Part shown: positions 61,643 to 64,000 of the stretch, one piece after another | Layout of the letters: the number at the start of each line of letters is the position of its first letter | Numbering within the stretch: the first letter of the stretch is position 1 | Assembly (NCBI GenBank): GCA_020719045.1 | Contig: DYQY01000002.1 | Coordinates: 70,437-134,436 of the forward strand | From: Candidatus Termititenax sp. | Lineage (GTDB): Bacteria > Margulisbacteria > Riflemargulisbacteria > GWF2-35-9 > DYQY01 | DNA length: 64,000 nucleotides | Direction of reading: 5' to 3' | Position numbers and translations under genes: made by a program | The notes under the pieces: generated by a model | Database searches by the model: none | Told to the model about the DNA's origin: nothing | What the model saw: the letters and a program-made list of their open reading frames with translations, nothing else

Positions 61643-62565
61643 ATATACTTCGACATTACTAGCTCAAGACCAACCATAGGTTTAATTTTCCCAGCTTTGA
61701 TATCAAAGTCCAACTGATGGATATCGGCTAAAAATGCATTGGCTTCTTGCAATGTCCAACTTTTAATATCTTTTAGTAAATTTTCAAGATAAAACCGTTT
61801 CTTATTAATTCTCTTGGCTAATTCATCAAGCAAAGAATAACTAGTACTTTTAAGTAATAAGATAAGCCTTACATGTGAAGATATCCCCCCAATTAAGGCG
61901 ATTATATCCTCAGGCTTACTTGTCTCAAAAATATATCTATATAAATCTTTATCCTTTTTTCTTATTGCTTCAAAGATGTCCAAAATACCTTTTTCAGATA
62001 ATGTAGCTAATTCTTTCACGATTTTCTCAGTGATTACTTTCTCTGGCATAACATATGTTTCCATTCTAAGCAGATTGGACTCTAGTTGCCACAAATCTAC
62101 ACCTACCATCTCAAGCAACACATCAGCAGACTGTCTATCTATCTTAAATCCCCTATTCTTTTCTCTAGCTAAAATCCAATCTATAACTTCACCTTTTTTC
62201 CAAATACTAAAAGGTTCAAAAACTTCACAATCAGAATTGTTTATCAAAAATTTCACAAACTTTTTTCTCTTATCTGGATTACCTCGACATACAAAAACAA
62301 TATCATTTGCGGTTTGTTGTTCAATAAGTAATTTCTGGAAATATTCTTCATAATCTTCCCTGACTTTTGGTAAACCTTTATAAACAATCATTTTTTTAGA
62401 GGAAAATAATGACATGGAAGAAAAAGCATCAATAAATGTTTCTAATGGATCACTCTCAGAAAACTCTTCATATGAATAGTCTCCATTACTTGCTATGAAA
62501 CTTGTTTTCAATTCAATAAATCGCTGAGTTAACAATAACGTTTCTTCGCCGTATAAGAATCTCAA
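61639..62565 (-). CDS. holA: DNA polymerase III delta subunit
   Basis: FLYGEE, SLFSSKK, DKRKK, C-terminal DFDIKAG. Confidence 0.85.
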   Translation of the reverse strand: MRFLYGEETLLLTQRFIELKTSFIASNGDYSYEEFSESDPLETFIDAFSSMSLFSSKKMIVYKGLPKVREDYEEYFQKLLIEQQTANDIVFVCRGNPDKRKKFVKFLINNSDCEVFEPFSIWKKGEVIDWILAREKNRGFKIDRQSADVLLEMVGVDLWQLESNLLRMETYVMPEKVITEKIVKELATLSEKGILDIFEAIRKKDKDLYRYIFETSKPEDIIALIGGISSHVRLILLLKSTSYSLLDELAKRINKKRFYLENLLKDIKSWTLQEANAFLADIHQLDFDIKAGKIKPMVGLELVMSKYI

Positions 62566-62873
62566 GTCTTATCTTCCAACTTAACTTCAGTAGTTTCTAT
62601 ATTAATATCAATAGCTTCCTTTAAATGTTTAGCAACATTATTAATTATCCTATCCAAAAACCTTGTCTCTTCTTCAGATAAATTTCCATTAGTCTTTTCT
62701 TTAAGTGCAACTAATACCTCGTATGTCTCGTTAGCACCAACCAAATCTTTATTCTTTCTCGTATGTAGAGGATTATCAGCAACAGCCAATTGCTGCATAG
62801 CCGTCATATTAAGAGTATAAATCAATGATTCAAAAAGAGTTTTTCCTCTCTCTAAATTATCTTCACTATTCAT
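62562..62873 (-). CDS. DUF1844-like protein
   Basis: FESLI...AMQQL...NP...KEKTNGNLSEEE. Confidence 0.75.
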   Translation of the reverse strand: MNSEDNLERGKTLFESLIYTLNMTAMQQLAVADNPLHTRKNKDLVGANETYEVLVALKEKTNGNLSEEETRFLDRIINNVAKHLKEAIDINIETTEVKLEDKT

Positions 62874-63640
62874 TAAATAGTTCCTTCAGAATACAATTGC
62901 TCCATTACTTCATCACTGATATCCGCATTATAATAAACATTTTGCACATCTTCATGATCATCGACTTTGTTAATTAAATTTAATATTTTACCTGCAGTCT
63001 CTTTATTAGAAATAGGAACATCCACAGATGCAATCATTGTAAGCTCTGCTGTTTCAGCAATAAGTCCACTTTTATCTAAAGCTGTTTTTACATCAATAAA
63101 GCTTTCAAAATCACAAGTTACTTCAATGGAACCATCACTATTTGTTACTATATCATCAAGGTTATAATCAAATGTACACTCCAATACCTGGTCCTCGGTT
63201 GCTTTACCTTTTTCAAAAACAAACAAACCTTTTTGGGCAAACATATAAGCAACTGCACCCTTTTCTGCCATATTGCCACCTGCCTTAGAAATCAAAGCAC
63301 GTAACTCTGGCAGAGTTCTATTCTTGTTATCTGTTGCACACTTAATAATTACAGCCACGCCATCCTGTGCATATGCCTCATACATTACTTCCTCAATCTC
63401 GTTACCTGCTCCTCCGCCAACAGCACGTTGAATTGCTCTGTTTATATTGTCATTTGGCATATTTTCAGCTTTTGCTTTTTGAATTGCCATTCTTAATCTT
63501 GGGTTATTCTCAATCTCAGCACCGCCAATTTTAGCTGAAATAATGATTTCCTTAGCTAGTCTAGTAAAAATCTTTCCTCTTTTGGCATCTTGAGCACCTT
63601 TACGATTCTTTATATTCGCCCACTTACTATGTCCAGACAT
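62873..63640 (-). CDS. YebC/PmpR family protein
   Basis: MSGHSKWANIK, NPRLR, TDNKNRT, DVQNVYYN. Confidence 0.96.
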   Translation of the reverse strand: MSGHSKWANIKNRKGAQDAKRGKIFTRLAKEIIISAKIGGAEIENNPRLRMAIQKAKAENMPNDNINRAIQRAVGGGAGNEIEEVMYEAYAQDGVAVIIKCATDNKNRTLPELRALISKAGGNMAEKGAVAYMFAQKGLFVFEKGKATEDQVLECTFDYNLDDIVTNSDGSIEVTCDFESFIDVKTALDKSGLIAETAELTMIASVDVPISNKETAGKILNLINKVDDHEDVQNVYYNADISDEVMEQLYSEGTI

Positions 63641-63741
63641 AATTGCTCCTTATTTTCTAATTGATGTAATTATAACGTTTACAAGTAGTATAGGTCAAAA
63701 GGTTAAGAAATATAATCGCAATAAAAAAAACATGAAAATTT

Positions 63742-63770
63742 TATGCAACAAATCTACTTTTTGTTCGATA
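63742..63770 (+). promoter_or_regulatory. Sigma28-like promoter candidate
   Basis: TATGCAAC-N14-TTCGATA(A), matching 52597-52625. Confidence 0.5.
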
Positions 63771-63804
63771 ACTTAATATAAGAGAAAAACAGGAGGTGAG
63801 TAGG

Positions 63805-64000
63805 ATGAAAATAGCAGAAATGGCAACAAAGGTTAGAAACTTATTTTTCCTTCAACCTGCTCCAGCTAGTGCTTCAGAAAAAAATAAAGCGGTATTTTCA
63901 TATGACACAGCATACAGCCATAATGAGATGAATAAAAAAATCTACACTTTTAGCTATGTTCATAACAGAGACACTATACCAAGTGAAGCTGTTCAACATG
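63805..64000 (+). CDS. Hypothetical protein, 5' part (runs off the window)
   Basis: AGGAGGTG SD, ATG 63805, open frame MKIAEMATKVRNLFFLQPAPASASEK... to the window end. Confidence 0.6.
   Translation, partial: MKIAEMATKVRNLFFLQPAPASASEKNKAVFSYDTAYSHNEMNKKIYTFSYVHNRDTIPSEAVQH

Overview
Low-GC (roughly one third GC by eye) chromosomal window from a diderm bacterium. Nearly all genes lie on the minus strand. The gene mix (Ycf45-like AAA-R3H ATPase, Firmicutes-like tmk-holB-PSP1 block, LptF/G, L/P rings) suggests a cyanobacterial-sister/Terrabacteria lineage such as Margulisbacteria; this is inference only. Housekeeping content: arg/pur genes, ndk, recR-ybaB, holA/holB, icd, split fumarase, pfp-fba-tpiA, trpB2, six tRNAs and a 6S RNA. 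The most striking region is a compact, strongly remodelled flagellar basal-body/export cluster at 14.3-24.4 kb (flgG-flgA-panD-flgH-flgI-flgJ'-fliA-flgB-flgC-fliE-fliF-fliG'-fliH-fliI). Its FlgC carries an apparent Sec signal peptide, FliG lacks the stator-binding C-terminal domain and the EHPQ motif, FliF lacks the beta-collar, and FliH/FliI end in matching acidic DDLL tails. Together these suggest a flagellum-derived, probably non-rotary envelope machine. Two orphan plus-strand genes share a sigma28-like motif, TATGCAAC-N14-TTCGATA. Other notable items: a degenerate membrane pyrophosphatase heading a PPi-glycolysis operon, a LexA-like/Y-polymerase cassette with a palindromic operator, a double-hairpin REP-like repeat family, many apparently leaderless genes, an 1821-aa Ig-repeat protein and a TMTC-like/GT2 glycosylation pair. 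All calls are by-eye recognition; no database searches were run.
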